From Bacteroidales bacterium (lineage in GTDB: Bacteria > Bacteroidota > Bacteroidia > Bacteroidales > UBA932), in contig JAFVAU010000016.1 in NCBI GenBank assembly GCA_017480345.1, positions 20,464 to 84,463 of the forward strand: a stretch of DNA of 64,000 nt. Direction: 5' to 3'. Within the stretch, counting starts at the first letter, position 1. Each line of letters starts with the position of its first letter. Shown one piece after another: positions 54,217 through 64,000 of this stretch. A program made the translations under genes and the position numbers. The notes below the pieces were generated by a model, which was not told the origin of the DNA, did not search any database, and worked only from the letters and a program-made list of their open reading frames with translations.

Positions 54217-56346
54217 ATGAAAAGAACATTGCTTTGCGCCGCGTTTCTCGCGGCCATCGGATATTCCCTTTCTGCACAGGTGAAAACACTCCAGGATTCC
54301 CTGGAGGCGGCCTATGTGACCGAGGTGCGGGAAAGGGCCAAAAATACAACCCAGACCGGACTTATCCGGATGGACGCCAGGGAGCTGAAGAGCGGGATAG
54401 CCGTCTTCGGCACCCCCGACATCATCAAAAAGCTCCAGATGCTCCCGGGCGTGGCGGCCGGCAATGAACTCATGAGCGGCCTGTATGTGCACGGAGGCGA
54501 CGGAAACGACAATCTGTACCTTCTGGACGGCGTCCCGCTGTACAATATCAGCCACTTCGGCGGCCTCTTCTCCAGCTTCAACACGGACGTGGTGGACAAC
54601 CTGGATTTCTATAAAAGCGGCTTCCCCGCCCGCTATGGAGGCCGATTGTCCTCCGTGGTGGACGTGGAAACCCGGGAGGGAGACATGGAACGCTACCATG
54701 GCACCTTCGCCTTGGGGCTGATTGACGGCCGCATCCAGGTGGAGGGGCCCATCGTGAAGGGAAAGACCTCCTTCAACGTGGGGCTTCGGCGCACCTGGCT
54801 GGATGTGATTACCATTCCGGCCATCTGGTACGCCAACCGCCGCAACGGAGCGGACAAAGACGTGAGCGGCGGCTACTCCATGACGGATATCAACGCCCGC
54901 CTCACCCACCGTTTCGCCCCGGGAAACACCCTCAACGTCTCCTTCTACACCGGCCGGGACAATTTGCGGGCCGGGCAGGAAACCAAGAAGCACCAAGAAG
55001 AGCACCAGGGCACGGACATCATGAAGATCGGCGTCAAATGGGGAAGCCTCACCGCCTCTGTATCACACGATTACGAATACTCCAAGAAGCTTCGTTCCAA
55101 GAACATGCTCTACTATTCCCAGAGCGATTCCGACACCGGTTATAACTTCAGTTTCTGGAATTGGGACCAGGGAGACAACGTCACCGCCATGGACGACAAG
55201 AACACGGGCCATATCCGGGAAATAGGCCTGAGGAGCGACTGGAACTGGCTTCCGGGCAGCTCGCACCGCGTGCGCTTCGGCCTTTCCGCCCAATATCACT
55301 GGTACCATACCTCCCGGAATTATACCTCCACTACGGAAAAGCCCGGCGCCTTGCCGGAAAAGGATGCACAGGAAGAATCCATCGGCTACCGCTCCTTTGA
55401 GCCGGCCCTTTATATGGAGGATGAGATTTTCCTCCGCTACAACCTTACCGCCAATGTGGGCCTCAGGGCCGCCCTGTTCAAAACCGGCAGCAGCGTCTTC
55501 TTCTCGCCGGAGCCCAGAGTGGCTTTCAAATGGCTCATATATAAGGATTTATCGGCCAAAATATCCTATACCCGGATGAGCCAGTTCGCGCACCTGGTGG
55601 CGGCCATGTACATGGACCTTCCCTCCAACAGCTGGATGCCCTCCACCGACAGCGCCCGGCCCATGGTGTCCGACCAGGTGGCCGGCGGCCTGTACTTCAC
55701 CCCCGGGCGGCACTGGAAGGTGAACCTGGAAGGCTGGTACAAGAACATGGACCATATCCTGGTGTACAACGGCAGCAACACTTTCACCCCTCCCGTCACC
55801 GAGTGGGAGAAATCCTTCACGGAGGGAAAGGGGCAGTCCTGGGGCCTGGAGTTCGAGGGCGGCTACGACAACGGAAAGCTGTCCCTCACCGCCTACTACA
55901 CCCTCTCACGGACCAGACGCAACTTCGAGGCCGTGTACGGAAACTGGTTCCTGGACCGGAACGACAACCGCCACAAAATCAACCTGGTGGCCTCCTGGCA
56001 CTTCGCCAAGCACTGGCAGGCCTTTGCCAACTGGAACTTCCACTCCGGCAACCGCATCACCTTCCCTTCCCATTATCTCGTCAACGGGAGTTCCAAAACC
56101 TATCTTTATGACGCCCCCTACAACCACCGGCTTCCCAACTACCACCGCCTGGACGTGGGGATAGACTACTTCACCACCTTCCGGAACCAGCATACGCTGC
56201 AGGTGAACCTGAGCATCTACAATGTGTACAACCACCTCAACGCCTCCCTGGCCATGCTGGAAACTCTCCCGGACGGAACCTTCCGGGGAAAATCCTACGG
56301 TCTTGTACCCATTATCCCCACCATAACAGTCAGTTATAAGTTCTGA
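54217..56346 (+). CDS. TonB-dependent outer-membrane receptor
   Basis: I moved the start to ATG 54217 (MKRTLLCAAFLAAIGYSLSAQ, a signal peptide). The plug region has LPGVAAG...LYLLDGVPLYN. The beta-barrel ends in the terminal F (VSYKF). Confidence 0.8.
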   Translation: MKRTLLCAAFLAAIGYSLSAQVKTLQDSLEAAYVTEVRERAKNTTQTGLIRMDARELKSGIAVFGTPDIIKKLQMLPGVAAGNELMSGLYVHGGDGNDNLYLLDGVPLYNISHFGGLFSSFNTDVVDNLDFYKSGFPARYGGRLSSVVDVETREGDMERYHGTFALGLIDGRIQVEGPIVKGKTSFNVGLRRTWLDVITIPAIWYANRRNGADKDVSGGYSMTDINARLTHRFAPGNTLNVSFYTGRDNLRAGQETKKHQEEHQGTDIMKIGVKWGSLTASVSHDYEYSKKLRSKNMLYYSQSDSDTGYNFSFWNWDQGDNVTAMDDKNTGHIREIGLRSDWNWLPGSSHRVRFGLSAQYHWYHTSRNYTSTTEKPGALPEKDAQEESIGYRSFEPALYMEDEIFLRYNLTANVGLRAALFKTGSSVFFSPEPRVAFKWLIYKDLSAKISYTRMSQFAHLVAAMYMDLPSNSWMPSTDSARPMVSDQVAGGLYFTPGRHWKVNLEGWYKNMDHILVYNGSNTFTPPVTEWEKSFTEGKGQSWGLEFEGGYDNGKLSLTAYYTLSRTRRNFEAVYGNWFLDRNDNRHKINLVASWHFAKHWQAFANWNFHSGNRITFPSHYLVNGSSKTYLYDAPYNHRLPNYHRLDVGIDYFTTFRNQHTLQVNLSIYNVYNHLNASLAMLETLPDGTFRGKSYGLVPIIPTITVSYKF

Positions 56347-57420
56347 ATGAAACGGATACTTCATATATTATCCCTGGGGACCCTGCTGAGCCTGGCCGCC
56401 TGCGAAGGGTCTTTTGAGATAGAGCAGGGCGGAGAATACAAAATCTATGTGCAGGCCATCGCCAATTCCTCTTTCGTATACATCACGCCCCGCCTGGCCG
56501 CTCCCGTGGGATCGGCCCCCAAAGAGACGGAATTCACGGTGGAGGCCCAGGTGAACGGGGAGCCCCTCCGCATCCAGAAAATAGAAAGGGAAGAGGGAGG
56601 CCCCTGCTATCTTGCCATGCCCTCATCGGTGCTTGATGCTTTTGAGGAAGGGGACGAAATCAAGATAAAAGTGAGCTGCCCGGACGCAAAGGAAGCAAGC
56701 GGGAGCACAACCGTATATTCCGGAAATCCCATAATTGGGGCAGAAATAGAAAATTACCTGATGTTCAAAGATGACCGGACCGAAAGATACGGGAAAAAGG
56801 TAAAGCTGATCCTGGACAGGGAGCCCGAGGCCGGGGAACACTACGCCCTCAAGATCATGATAGTCTCGGAACTCTACTGCTCTGACGGCCGTACAACCAC
56901 CCAGATCTATCATCGTGCGCCCGGCTATCTAACAAGCCAAATGGAACTTACCCGCTTTGACTTTGAGGACTACATGAGGTTCAACTTTGACGAAACCTAC
57001 CTGGGCGGCTCCGGAGAATACCAGCCCCTTACCCTGCTTCCGGACCATCGTTTCGAAGGGCACACCTATACCTTCTACTTGGGCGGCTGGGATGAAGATT
57101 TCATCCGGGACATCGTGAACAATACTCCCCAAGGAGACGGAAGCATTGCCGGCGGAGACACGCCTTCCGGCTCCATTGTTGCCGCACGTCCGGGCTCTTA
57201 CTATTTCACGCTATATCGCATCTCGGACGAATTCTATTACTTCGCCAAGGCCCTGTATCAGAGCAACTTCGACTTCCTCTCCAACATGGGCCTCACCCCG
57301 GCCAACTTCACCTACAGCAATGTGGACGGCGGCCTGGGCTTCGTGGGATTCTGCGCTCCCAGCGCATTCTATGTGGAGGGAGAATACGAGTCCATTAACG
57401 AAGGACAAGCTCCTCGATAA
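56347..57420 (+). CDS. DUF4249-like lipoprotein (usual partner of this receptor type)
   Basis: Lipobox LSLAACEG. It starts at the nucleotide immediately after the receptor's stop codon. The C-terminus, GGLGFVGFCAPS, is typical of DUF4249. Confidence 0.6.
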   Translation: MKRILHILSLGTLLSLAACEGSFEIEQGGEYKIYVQAIANSSFVYITPRLAAPVGSAPKETEFTVEAQVNGEPLRIQKIEREEGGPCYLAMPSSVLDAFEEGDEIKIKVSCPDAKEASGSTTVYSGNPIIGAEIENYLMFKDDRTERYGKKVKLILDREPEAGEHYALKIMIVSELYCSDGRTTTQIYHRAPGYLTSQMELTRFDFEDYMRFNFDETYLGGSGEYQPLTLLPDHRFEGHTYTFYLGGWDEDFIRDIVNNTPQGDGSIAGGDTPSGSIVAARPGSYYFTLYRISDEFYYFAKALYQSNFDFLSNMGLTPANFTYSNVDGGLGFVGFCAPSAFYVEGEYESINEGQAPR

Positions 57421-57730
57421 AGTTCACCGTCCGGTTATCCGGCGTAAACAGCTCGTCCTGAGACAGAAAGGCGTTCATCTTTTTCACCAGCTCGTCCTTC
57501 TGGAAATAGAGCTGGTTCCGAATCACGGAAGAAGACAGCGTAATGTAGAGCTTTCCCCCGCGGAAAAAGCGCTTGAGCGTAAAGGGAGCCGCGCCGGAAC
57601 AGGCGTCCCAGGCGGCGAAAATGCGCTGGGTATTGAGCCCCATGGCCAGTTTCATGGACTTGATACACTCCTTCACCAGGGTATCCATGCCCACCGGCTC
57701 TTTCCTGTGTATGCGTACGGGATCGGCCAT
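57395..57730 (-). CDS. DUF721 domain protein
   Basis: 111 aa. It sits immediately (1 nt) downstream of recF, the conserved genomic context for DUF721. Confidence 0.65.
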   Translation of the reverse strand: MADPVRIHRKEPVGMDTLVKECIKSMKLAMGLNTQRIFAAWDACSGAAPFTLKRFFRGGKLYITLSSSVIRNQLYFQKDELVKKMNAFLSQDELFTPDNRTVNFIEELVLR

Positions 57731-57731
57731 A

Positions 57732-58805
57732 TTAATCTACGCGGGTGAAGGCCCCCTTCCGGGTTTCAAAGTACGCACGGTCTTCCGTAATCCTGTCCAC
57801 GATGCCTCTCAGACGCTCCTGGTCCGTGTCCGTAATGAAGATTTGGCCGAAGTCCTGCCCCGCCACCATGGAGATGAGATTGGAGATGCGGGTATAGTCC
57901 AGCTTGTCAAAGACATCGTCCAGCAGCAGCATGGGCGCGAAGCCGTAGGAACGCTTCATTATCTCGTACTGGGCGAATTTGAGGGCCACCAGGAAGCTTT
58001 TCTGCTGCCCCTGGCTGCCGGCCCGGCGAATGGGATGGCCGTCCATGGTAAAGAGGAAATCGTCCCTCTGGGGGCCTGAGGAGGTATAATGCAGGAGGAA
58101 GTCCTTCTCATGGTTGGGGCGGAAGGCATCGGCCTTGTAGCTGATGGAGACGCTCTCTCCCCCGCCGGAAATGAGGCGGTAATACTCCCCTACGATGGGT
58201 TTCATATCCTCCGCAAACTGGCGGCGGCTCCCGGAAATCCGTTCTGCCAGAGGGGCCATCCGCTCATCCAGGACATCCAGCAGGGAACCGTCGGCCTGAA
58301 AATCTTTCAGAATCTTGTTGCGCTGCTGCAGCAGACGGTTGTAGCTCTGCACGGCGGCCAGGTATTCACGGTCCATCTGGGAAAGGACGGCATTGGAAAG
58401 CCGCCGCCGCTCTTCTCCGGACTCGTTCACCAGGCCGATATCCCCGGGAGACACCATCACAACCGGCAGCAGGCCGATATGCTCTCCCAGCCGGGCGGAG
58501 GGTTTTTCGTCCCTGATGAGCTTCTTCTCCCCCTCCTTCACCTGGATGGAGATGCGGGACTCCAGCCCGTTTTCCATGGCATAGGTGCCGCCCACCGTAA
58601 AACCCTCCGTCCCATAGCGGAAATTGTACCTGTCCGGGGCCGGAAAAGCGCTTTTGGTCATGGAAAGATAGTAGATGGCATCCATCAGGTTGGTCTTCCC
58701 TTCCCCGTTGTTTCCGCTGATGCAGTTCACGTTGGGAGAGAACGACAATTCCTGGAATTCGATGTTCCGGAAATCCTTCACCACTATTTTCTTCAAGGCA
58801 GGCAT
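57732..58805 (-). CDS. recF: DNA replication/repair protein RecF
   Basis: The Walker A motif is GNNGEGKTNLMDAIY, with signature GSQGQQKS and Walker B LLLDDVFDKLD. Confidence 0.9.
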   Translation of the reverse strand: MPALKKIVVKDFRNIEFQELSFSPNVNCISGNNGEGKTNLMDAIYYLSMTKSAFPAPDRYNFRYGTEGFTVGGTYAMENGLESRISIQVKEGEKKLIRDEKPSARLGEHIGLLPVVMVSPGDIGLVNESGEERRRLSNAVLSQMDREYLAAVQSYNRLLQQRNKILKDFQADGSLLDVLDERMAPLAERISGSRRQFAEDMKPIVGEYYRLISGGGESVSISYKADAFRPNHEKDFLLHYTSSGPQRDDFLFTMDGHPIRRAGSQGQQKSFLVALKFAQYEIMKRSYGFAPMLLLDDVFDKLDYTRISNLISMVAGQDFGQIFITDTDQERLRGIVDRITEDRAYFETRKGAFTRVD

Positions 58806-58827
58806 CTTGTCACATAGATTTCAATTG

Positions 58828-58835
58828 CAAATATA
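58828..58835 (-). promoter_or_regulatory. -7 box TATATTTG upstream of recF
   Basis: The plus strand reads caaatata, 22 nt upstream of ATG 58805. Confidence 0.4.
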
Positions 58836-58847
58836 TAATATTTTTCC

Positions 58848-58855
58848 TAAATTTG
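58848..58855 (+). promoter_or_regulatory. -7 box TAAATTTG upstream of the TPR-yebC operon
   Basis: Exact TAnnTTTG match 34 nt upstream of ATG 58890. Confidence 0.4.
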
Positions 58856-58889
58856 CAGGCTCTTTCAAGCAATAAAGAAACAATTAGAT

Positions 58890-59570
58890 ATGGCAAAAAT
58901 TACAAAGAAAGAAGAGGAAGTGCGTCAACAGAATGTTGTTGAGGCCGTTTCCAAGACCGAGGAATTTTTCAAGACCTACGGAAATCTCATTTACGGCATC
59001 GTCATCGGCGTCCTGCTCATTGCCGCAGCCATCATGGCGTACAACCGTTTCATCCTGCAGCCCAAGAAGACCCAGGCCACGGACCAGATGGCCCAGGCCG
59101 AGCAGTGGTTCCTGTCCGGTGAATACGAACTGGCCCTGAGCGGAGACGACAATTCCCTGGGCTTCGAAGACATCATCAAGCAGTACGGTTCCAAGGCCGC
59201 AAAGTCCGCCTACCTCTATGCCGGCATCGCCAAGCTCCAGACCGGAGCCCCCGAGGAAGCCATCTCCTACCTCAAGAAATACGATGGCGAGGATCCCATC
59301 ATGCTGGCCAAGGCCCAGGCCTGTATCGGCGACGCCAACGCAGACCTTGAAAACTATGCCGAGGCCGTGAAGTGGTTCCAGAAAGCCGCCAAGACTTCCG
59401 ACAACGCCCTCTCCGCCGCCTACCTCCTGAAGGCCGGCATCGCCGCCGAGGCCATGGGAGACAGCCAGAAGGCCCTTTCCTTCTACAAGGAAATCAAAAA
59501 CGAGTGGGGCAACGCTCCCGAGGCCATGGAAATTGACAAGTACATCACCCGCATAGAAAGCGCCAAGTAA
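58890..59570 (+). CDS. Membrane-anchored tetratricopeptide-repeat protein (YfgM-like)
   Basis: It has an N-terminal TM segment (LIYGIVIGVLLIAAAIMAY) followed by TPR-like helices. Confidence 0.65.
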   Translation: MAKITKKEEEVRQQNVVEAVSKTEEFFKTYGNLIYGIVIGVLLIAAAIMAYNRFILQPKKTQATDQMAQAEQWFLSGEYELALSGDDNSLGFEDIIKQYGSKAAKSAYLYAGIAKLQTGAPEEAISYLKKYDGEDPIMLAKAQACIGDANADLENYAEAVKWFQKAAKTSDNALSAAYLLKAGIAAEAMGDSQKALSFYKEIKNEWGNAPEAMEIDKYITRIESAK

Positions 59571-59571
59571 T

Positions 59572-60330
59572 ATGGGAAGAGCATTTGAATTCCGCAAAGA
59601 GCGGAAAATGAAGCGTTGGGGCCACATGGCCAAGACCTTCACCAAACTGGGCAAGGAAATCACCATCGCCGTGAAGCAGGGCGGAGCCGAGGTAACCGGC
59701 AATCCCCGCCTGCGTGCCCTCATCGCCGAGGCCAAGGCCGAGCAGATGCCCAAGGAAAACATCGAACGCGCCATCAAGAAAGCCACCGAAGCCAAGACCG
59801 GTGACTTCAAGGAGATTGTCTACGAAGGCTTCGGCCCCTTCGGCATCGCCTACCTCGTAGAGGCCGCCACGGACAACAACACCCGTACCGTGGCCAATGT
59901 CCGCAGCTACTTCACCAAGTGCGGCGGCTCCCTCCAGACCAGCGGCTCCGTGGCCTTCATGTTCGACCACAAATGCGTGTTCCGCCTCAAGGAAGACCCT
60001 GCCAAGCCCATCGACGTGGACGAGCTTGAGCTTGAGCTCATAGACTTCGGCGCAGAGGAAGTCTTCAAGCAGGAAGTGGAAGACGAGGACGAGAACGTGA
60101 CCGTGGAAATCTCCATCTACGGAGACTACTCCGCCTACGGCCAAATCCAGAAATACATTGAAGAAAAGGGCTACGAGCTCATCTCCGGCGGCTTCGAACA
60201 GATTCCCAACGTGGAACTGAAGGAAGTCACCGCCGAGCAGCGCGCCACCCTGGAAAAACTCACCGGCCTTCTGGAGGACGACGAAGACGTGACCAACGTC
60301 TACACCACCATGGCCCCTGAAACCGAATAA
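59572..60330 (+). CDS. YebC/PmpR family transcriptional regulator
   Basis: MGRAFEFRKERKMKRWGHMAKTFTKLGKEI...NPRLR...A is the invariant YebC N-terminus. Confidence 0.9.
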   Translation: MGRAFEFRKERKMKRWGHMAKTFTKLGKEITIAVKQGGAEVTGNPRLRALIAEAKAEQMPKENIERAIKKATEAKTGDFKEIVYEGFGPFGIAYLVEAATDNNTRTVANVRSYFTKCGGSLQTSGSVAFMFDHKCVFRLKEDPAKPIDVDELELELIDFGAEEVFKQEVEDEDENVTVEISIYGDYSAYGQIQKYIEEKGYELISGGFEQIPNVELKEVTAEQRATLEKLTGLLEDDEDVTNVYTTMAPETE

Positions 60331-60332
60331 CA

Positions 60333-61229
60333 GTGAGGAAACTGCTCCCCATTGTCGCCATCCTTCTCCTGAGCTCCTCCTGCGGCATTGTCCGGATGAG
60401 GAGCTCAGAAGCGTATTTGCCCGGTCCGGCCATCCGGGCAGACTATACCCCGCGGGGCATTGTGGAAGAGCATTACCATCCTTGCAGTGTCAAGGGTCCC
60501 ACGCAGCGTCACCTGATTGCCTACCTCCCGGCCGACTATTACGAGAGCACGCAGCGCTACCCCGTCCTGTACCTTCTTCACGGGGCCCGCGGCTACGAGA
60601 CCTCCTGGATCCGGAAGGGAAAGGTATACCAGACCTGTGACAGCCTCTGGCGGGAAGGAAAAGCCGCCCCCTGCATTGTCATCATGCCCAATGTCAATTC
60701 CTACATCGACGACTATGACTATGAGGGAGGCCGCTTCAAAGACGCCTTCGAGAGCATTTTCGAGGTGGACGGCTATGTGGAATCGGCCTTTATGAGGGAC
60801 GTGGTGCATTTTGTGGACAGCGTTTACCGCACGGTGCCGGACGGTGCGCACCGGGCCGTGGCGGGCCTTTCCATCGGAGGGTACCAGAGCATTCAGTTTG
60901 CGGCCAATTTCCCGCAGGAGTTTGGCTATGTGGGTGCCATGTCCCCTTATATGTGGGCCCTGGGCCATCCCAGCATTACCCGCTTCAAATTTTACGGAGG
61001 GCTGGAAAGCAAAATGAAAAAACAGTTTGAGTCGGCCCCGCCGGAAGGTTTTTACCTCTATGCCGGCAAATTGGATATGATGCGTCCCGCCACGCTCAAG
61101 CTGCACCACCGAATGACCATCAACGGTTATGCCCATGAGTACACCCGCTATCCGGGCTCGCACGACTGGAATAACGGCTGGATACCCGAATTGGAAGATT
61201 TTATGCAGAAAATCTTCAAAGAGAACTAA
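60333..61229 (+). CDS. Esterase-D-type alpha/beta hydrolase (putative esterase family)
   Basis: RYPVLYLLHGARGYETSW is present, with the nucleophile elbow GLSIGG. It has a signal/lipoprotein-like N-terminus (LLSSSCG) and a GTG start. Confidence 0.75.
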   Translation: MRKLLPIVAILLLSSSCGIVRMRSSEAYLPGPAIRADYTPRGIVEEHYHPCSVKGPTQRHLIAYLPADYYESTQRYPVLYLLHGARGYETSWIRKGKVYQTCDSLWREGKAAPCIVIMPNVNSYIDDYDYEGGRFKDAFESIFEVDGYVESAFMRDVVHFVDSVYRTVPDGAHRAVAGLSIGGYQSIQFAANFPQEFGYVGAMSPYMWALGHPSITRFKFYGGLESKMKKQFESAPPEGFYLYAGKLDMMRPATLKLHHRMTINGYAHEYTRYPGSHDWNNGWIPELEDFMQKIFKEN

Positions 61230-61232
61230 ACT

Positions 61233-62396
61233 ATGAAAATCCTATTTATCCTCAATAACTTATACACCACAGGAAACGGCTTGGCATCCAGTGCCAGAAG
61301 AACCGTGGAGTATATCAAGAAGAGCGGCAATGAAATCCGCGTAATGTCCGGCCCCAACAAGAAAGACCCTTCCATCCAGCCGGACTATCTGCTCAAAGAG
61401 TACATTTTCCCCCTTGTGCAGCCCATTATCAGGGCACAGGGATACTGTTTCTCCGCGTCTGACAAAAAACTGATGGAAGAGGCCATCGCCTGGGCCGATG
61501 TTATCCACCTGGAAGAGCCCTTCGTCATTGAAGACAAGGCCATTCCCATCGCCCGCGCCCTGGGCAAGCCCGTCACTTTCACCTATCACCTGCACCCGGA
61601 GAACATCACGGTCAACTTCGGCCCTATCCGGCATTGGAAAGGCCTCAACCGCATTATCATGCGGGCCTGGAAGAAGCACACCATGGACCGCGTAGACTAT
61701 ATCCAGTGCCCTACGGAGAATGTGCAGGACCGCCTGCGCCGCTACCACATCCGCGCCAAGACGCAGGTTATTTCCAACGGCCTGGTCCCGGACAAATGCA
61801 TCAAACCGGTGGAGATGCCGGCCGATTACGCCAGCACCGAGCGGCCCTTGAAGGTGGTTTATATCGGCCGCCTGTCCATTGAAAAAGACCAGCCCACCCT
61901 GCTGGAAGCCATGAGGCACAGCGCCTACGCCAAACGCATCCAGCTCCAGTTCGCCGGGCTGGGCCCCCAGACCAGGAGCATTAAGCGCAAGGCGCACAAA
62001 CTATTTACGGAGGGCATCGTAGGCTATGACCCGCAGTTCTTCTTCCTGGACCGCGACGGCCTCAGGAAACTGGCCGCCGAGGCAGATCTCTGTGTCCACT
62101 GCGCCACCGTGGAGGTGGAAGGCCTGTCCATCATGGAAGCCATGCAGCAGGGCGCCGTTCCCGTCATTGCCCAAGGCCGATACAGCGGCACCTCCCAGTT
62201 CGCCCTGGACCGCCGCAGCATCTTCCCGGAGCAGAATCCGGAAGCCCTGGCCCACCGCATAGACTACTGGCTCGCCCGTCCCGAAGAACGCTGGGAAATG
62301 GGCAAAAAATATGCAGCGCACATGGATGATTACGACATTCGCAAATCCGTGGATGCGCTGCTGGAAATGTTCCGGAAAGCGATTCAGGAAGCCTAA
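61233..62396 (+). CDS. Glycosyltransferase family 4
   Basis: The GT-B fold C-terminal half carries the EX7E context [17 protein letters not shown]. Confidence 0.8.
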   Translation: MKILFILNNLYTTGNGLASSARRTVEYIKKSGNEIRVMSGPNKKDPSIQPDYLLKEYIFPLVQPIIRAQGYCFSASDKKLMEEAIAWADVIHLEEPFVIEDKAIPIARALGKPVTFTYHLHPENITVNFGPIRHWKGLNRIIMRAWKKHTMDRVDYIQCPTENVQDRLRRYHIRAKTQVISNGLVPDKCIKPVEMPADYASTERPLKVVYIGRLSIEKDQPTLLEAMRHSAYAKRIQLQFAGLGPQTRSIKRKAHKLFTEGIVGYDPQFFFLDRDGLRKLAAEADLCVHCATVEVEGLSIMEAMQQGAVPVIAQGRYSGTSQFALDRRSIFPEQNPEALAHRIDYWLARPEERWEMGKKYAAHMDDYDIRKSVDALLEMFRKAIQEA

Positions 62397-63265
62397 CGCA
62401 TTTCCGTATAGGGAATTTTATCCATATCTGAATAGTCCAGGTTCTCACCGGCCATTCCCCAGATGAACATGTAGTTGGAGGTGCCGGCGGCGGCATGGAT
62501 GCTCCATTCCGGGCTCATGATGGCCTGCTCGTTGGCCAGCCAGACCACCCGTTCCTGCTGCGGCTCACCCATCAAGTGGCAGATCATGTTGCCTTCGCTC
62601 ACATTGAAGTAGAAATAGGCTTCGATGCGGCGGGCGTGGGTATGGGCCGGCATGGTGTTCCAGACGCTGCCGGGTTTGAGCTCCGTAAGCCCCATCTGCA
62701 ACTGGCAGGGACCTTCCTCCAGCACATTGTTCACGATAAGCTGGTTGATCACGCGGTCGTTGGAGTCTTCCATCTTGCCGGCGGCGAAGGAATTGGCCTT
62801 GAGCGAGCCCTTGCGGCCGTCGATGGTGATGAGCTGCGTCTTGTAAGCCTTGTGGGCCGTGGCGCTGTTCAGATAGAACTTGGCGGGCTTGGAAGCGTCC
62901 TTGCTCTTGAAGATAACCTCCTCATTCCCCCGCCCCACGTACAGGGCTTCCTTGAACTTGAGGACGTAGTCTTTTCCGTTCACCGTCACGATGCCGTCAT
63001 CGCCGATATTGATGATGCCCAGCTCCCTTCCGAAGAGGAAGTAAGGGGCCTTGAGCGGGTCGATGGTTTCCAGTTTCAGGGCCTTGGTGGCAGGAACGGC
63101 GCCCCCGAAGATGAAACGGTCATAGAGGGAATAGGTGAGGCGGATTTCATCGGCCACCATCACTTCACTCATCATGAAACGCTCGCGGAGCGTCTCGGTG
63201 TCGTAATTCTTCACATCGGCCGGATGGCAGGCCGTCTGAATGGTATATTTTGTCTGTGCACTCAT
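62393..63265 (-). CDS. kduI: 5-dehydro-4-deoxy-D-glucuronate isomerase
   Basis: It has KduI-typical sequence ([17 protein letters not shown]..., cupin HTHARRIE). I chose the start at ATG 63265 ([10 protein letters not shown]). The track start is at 63313. Confidence 0.85.
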   Translation of the reverse strand: MSAQTKYTIQTACHPADVKNYDTETLRERFMMSEVMVADEIRLTYSLYDRFIFGGAVPATKALKLETIDPLKAPYFLFGRELGIINIGDDGIVTVNGKDYVLKFKEALYVGRGNEEVIFKSKDASKPAKFYLNSATAHKAYKTQLITIDGRKGSLKANSFAAGKMEDSNDRVINQLIVNNVLEEGPCQLQMGLTELKPGSVWNTMPAHTHARRIEAYFYFNVSEGNMICHLMGEPQQERVVWLANEQAIMSPEWSIHAAAGTSNYMFIWGMAGENLDYSDMDKIPYTEMR

Positions 63266-63296
63266 AGCAAGAGTCGTAAGCAGCAGGGCTGCCGTG

Positions 63297-64000
63297 CTAA
63301 TTATTCTTTTCATAAGAAGCTTTGATTATTCTTCTGCGGTTAAAAATGGCCATGACGGTGGTTCCGGCCACCAGGATGGCGCTGCCCACCCACTTGAAGT
63401 CGTGGACCAGGTGGAAAATGACCCAGGAGAAGAGGCTGGAGGCAAAGTCCAGTGCGCCTCCCTGGAAACCCTCGGGAATGGCCACGGCGGCGTCTGAGGT
63501 CCGGGTATACACATCCTGGGCCGCCAGGGTGAACCAGGGCGCCAGGTCTGTGACGAAGTACAGGCCCACGGTCAGGGCCACCAGGCCGATCAGGAAGGTC
63601 TTCACCACATTGCCCTTGGTGATGGGCAACACGGCCGGAAACACATAGAACATGCCCGCCAGCGAGGCCAGCGGCAGGAATTCGTTCCCCGGCAGGACTA
63701 CGGAGAGCAGCAGGGTGCAGGGAATCAGCAGCAGACTTACCACCAGGGTGGTAGGATGGCCGATGACCAGCGCCGGGCTCATGCCGATGTTGATGCCGGC
63801 GGAGTTCTTGAACTTGCGGGACACCAGGTCCTTGGTGGCCTCGGCGATGGGCTTGAGGCCTTCGATGAAGAGGCTGGTGATGCGCGGGATCAGTTCCATC
63901 ACGGCGCCCATCTTGATGCCCAGGCCCAGGATGGCGGGGATGTGGGCCACGATATCGGCCCAGCTGCGATAGCTCAGGCAGCCAATGAGGATACCCACCA
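63297..64000 (-). CDS. PTS EIIC(Gat)-like permease, C-terminal part (gene continues beyond window end)
   Basis: The polytopic sequence [27 protein letters not shown]...[15 protein letters not shown] resembles GatC-type EIIC. It is open to the window end. Confidence 0.65.
   Translation of the reverse strand, partial: VGILIGCLSYRSWADIVAHIPAILGLGIKMGAVMELIPRITSLFIEGLKPIAEATKDLVSRKFKNSAGINIGMSPALVIGHPTTLVVSLLLIPCTLLLSVVLPGNEFLPLASLAGMFYVFPAVLPITKGNVVKTFLIGLVALTVGLYFVTDLAPWFTLAAQDVYTRTSDAAVAIPEGFQGGALDFASSLFSWVIFHLVHDFKWVGSAILVAGTTVMAIFNRRRIIKASYEKNN

Noticed and set aside
62393-63313. Apparent signal peptide ([20 protein letters not shown]) on KduI, which would imply a secreted isomerase
   Set aside because: An internal ATG at 63265 gives [19 protein letters not shown], which matches the usual KduI N-terminus. 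The upstream 16 codons overlap the end of the EIIC-like gene, so the extension is probably not translated.

Overview
This 64-kb window looks like chromosomal DNA from a high-GC Bacteroidota (Bacteroidales-like) genome. The lineage call is an inference. It rests on many TAnnTTTG -7 promoter boxes at sensible positions, a run of type V pilus-style lipoproteins, CarboxypepD_reg/DUF5686, TonB-receptor + DUF4249 and DUF721-recF genes, and a tmRNA tag ending NYALAA. I support about 60 protein genes, one tmRNA (ssrA) and no rRNA, tRNA or CRISPR array.

Gene order:
- A decayed mobile remnant (Fic gene plus a 5'-truncated integrase).
- A gtrA-HD hydrolase-Cache/PP2C operon.
- A lipid-acyltransferase cluster (OlsB/GlsB-like, CDP-alcohol phosphatidyltransferase, PlsC-like, SDR).
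- A DUF5686 outer-membrane protein and an AraC regulator.
- A 7-gene operon with gcvT-H-PA-PB in its centre.
- tgt-lptF/G-dut-murF.
- nupG-obg-PAP2.
- A 12-kb block of seven lipoprotein genes (type V pilus-like), one of them frameshifted.
- NlpC/P60 and ssrA.
- A ~9.1-kb island inserted in the 3' end of ssrA.
- A 6-gene operon joining a RelA/SpoT-type synthetase to a partner-switching module.
- TonB receptor/DUF4249, recF/DUF721, TPR-yebC-esterase-GT4, kduI and an orphan PTS-EIIC-like permease.

Most interesting observations:
1. The ssrA island is delimited by a 13-bp duplicate of the tmRNA 3' end. It has a dead integrase, and its cargo includes a YcaQ/AlkZ-type glycosylase operon, a RhuM-N/HKD-like fusion and a DUF4143 ATPase bracketed by 38-bp palindromic elements.
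2. Two paralogous Cache-PP2C sensors are each hard-wired to one half of alarmone metabolism, one to an HD hydrolase-only gene and the other to a synthetase-only gene.
3. A CDP-alcohol phosphatidyltransferase is wedged between the two acyltransferases of a glycine-lipid-type pair.

All functional calls come from my reading of the translated ORFs and motifs. No database search was run.
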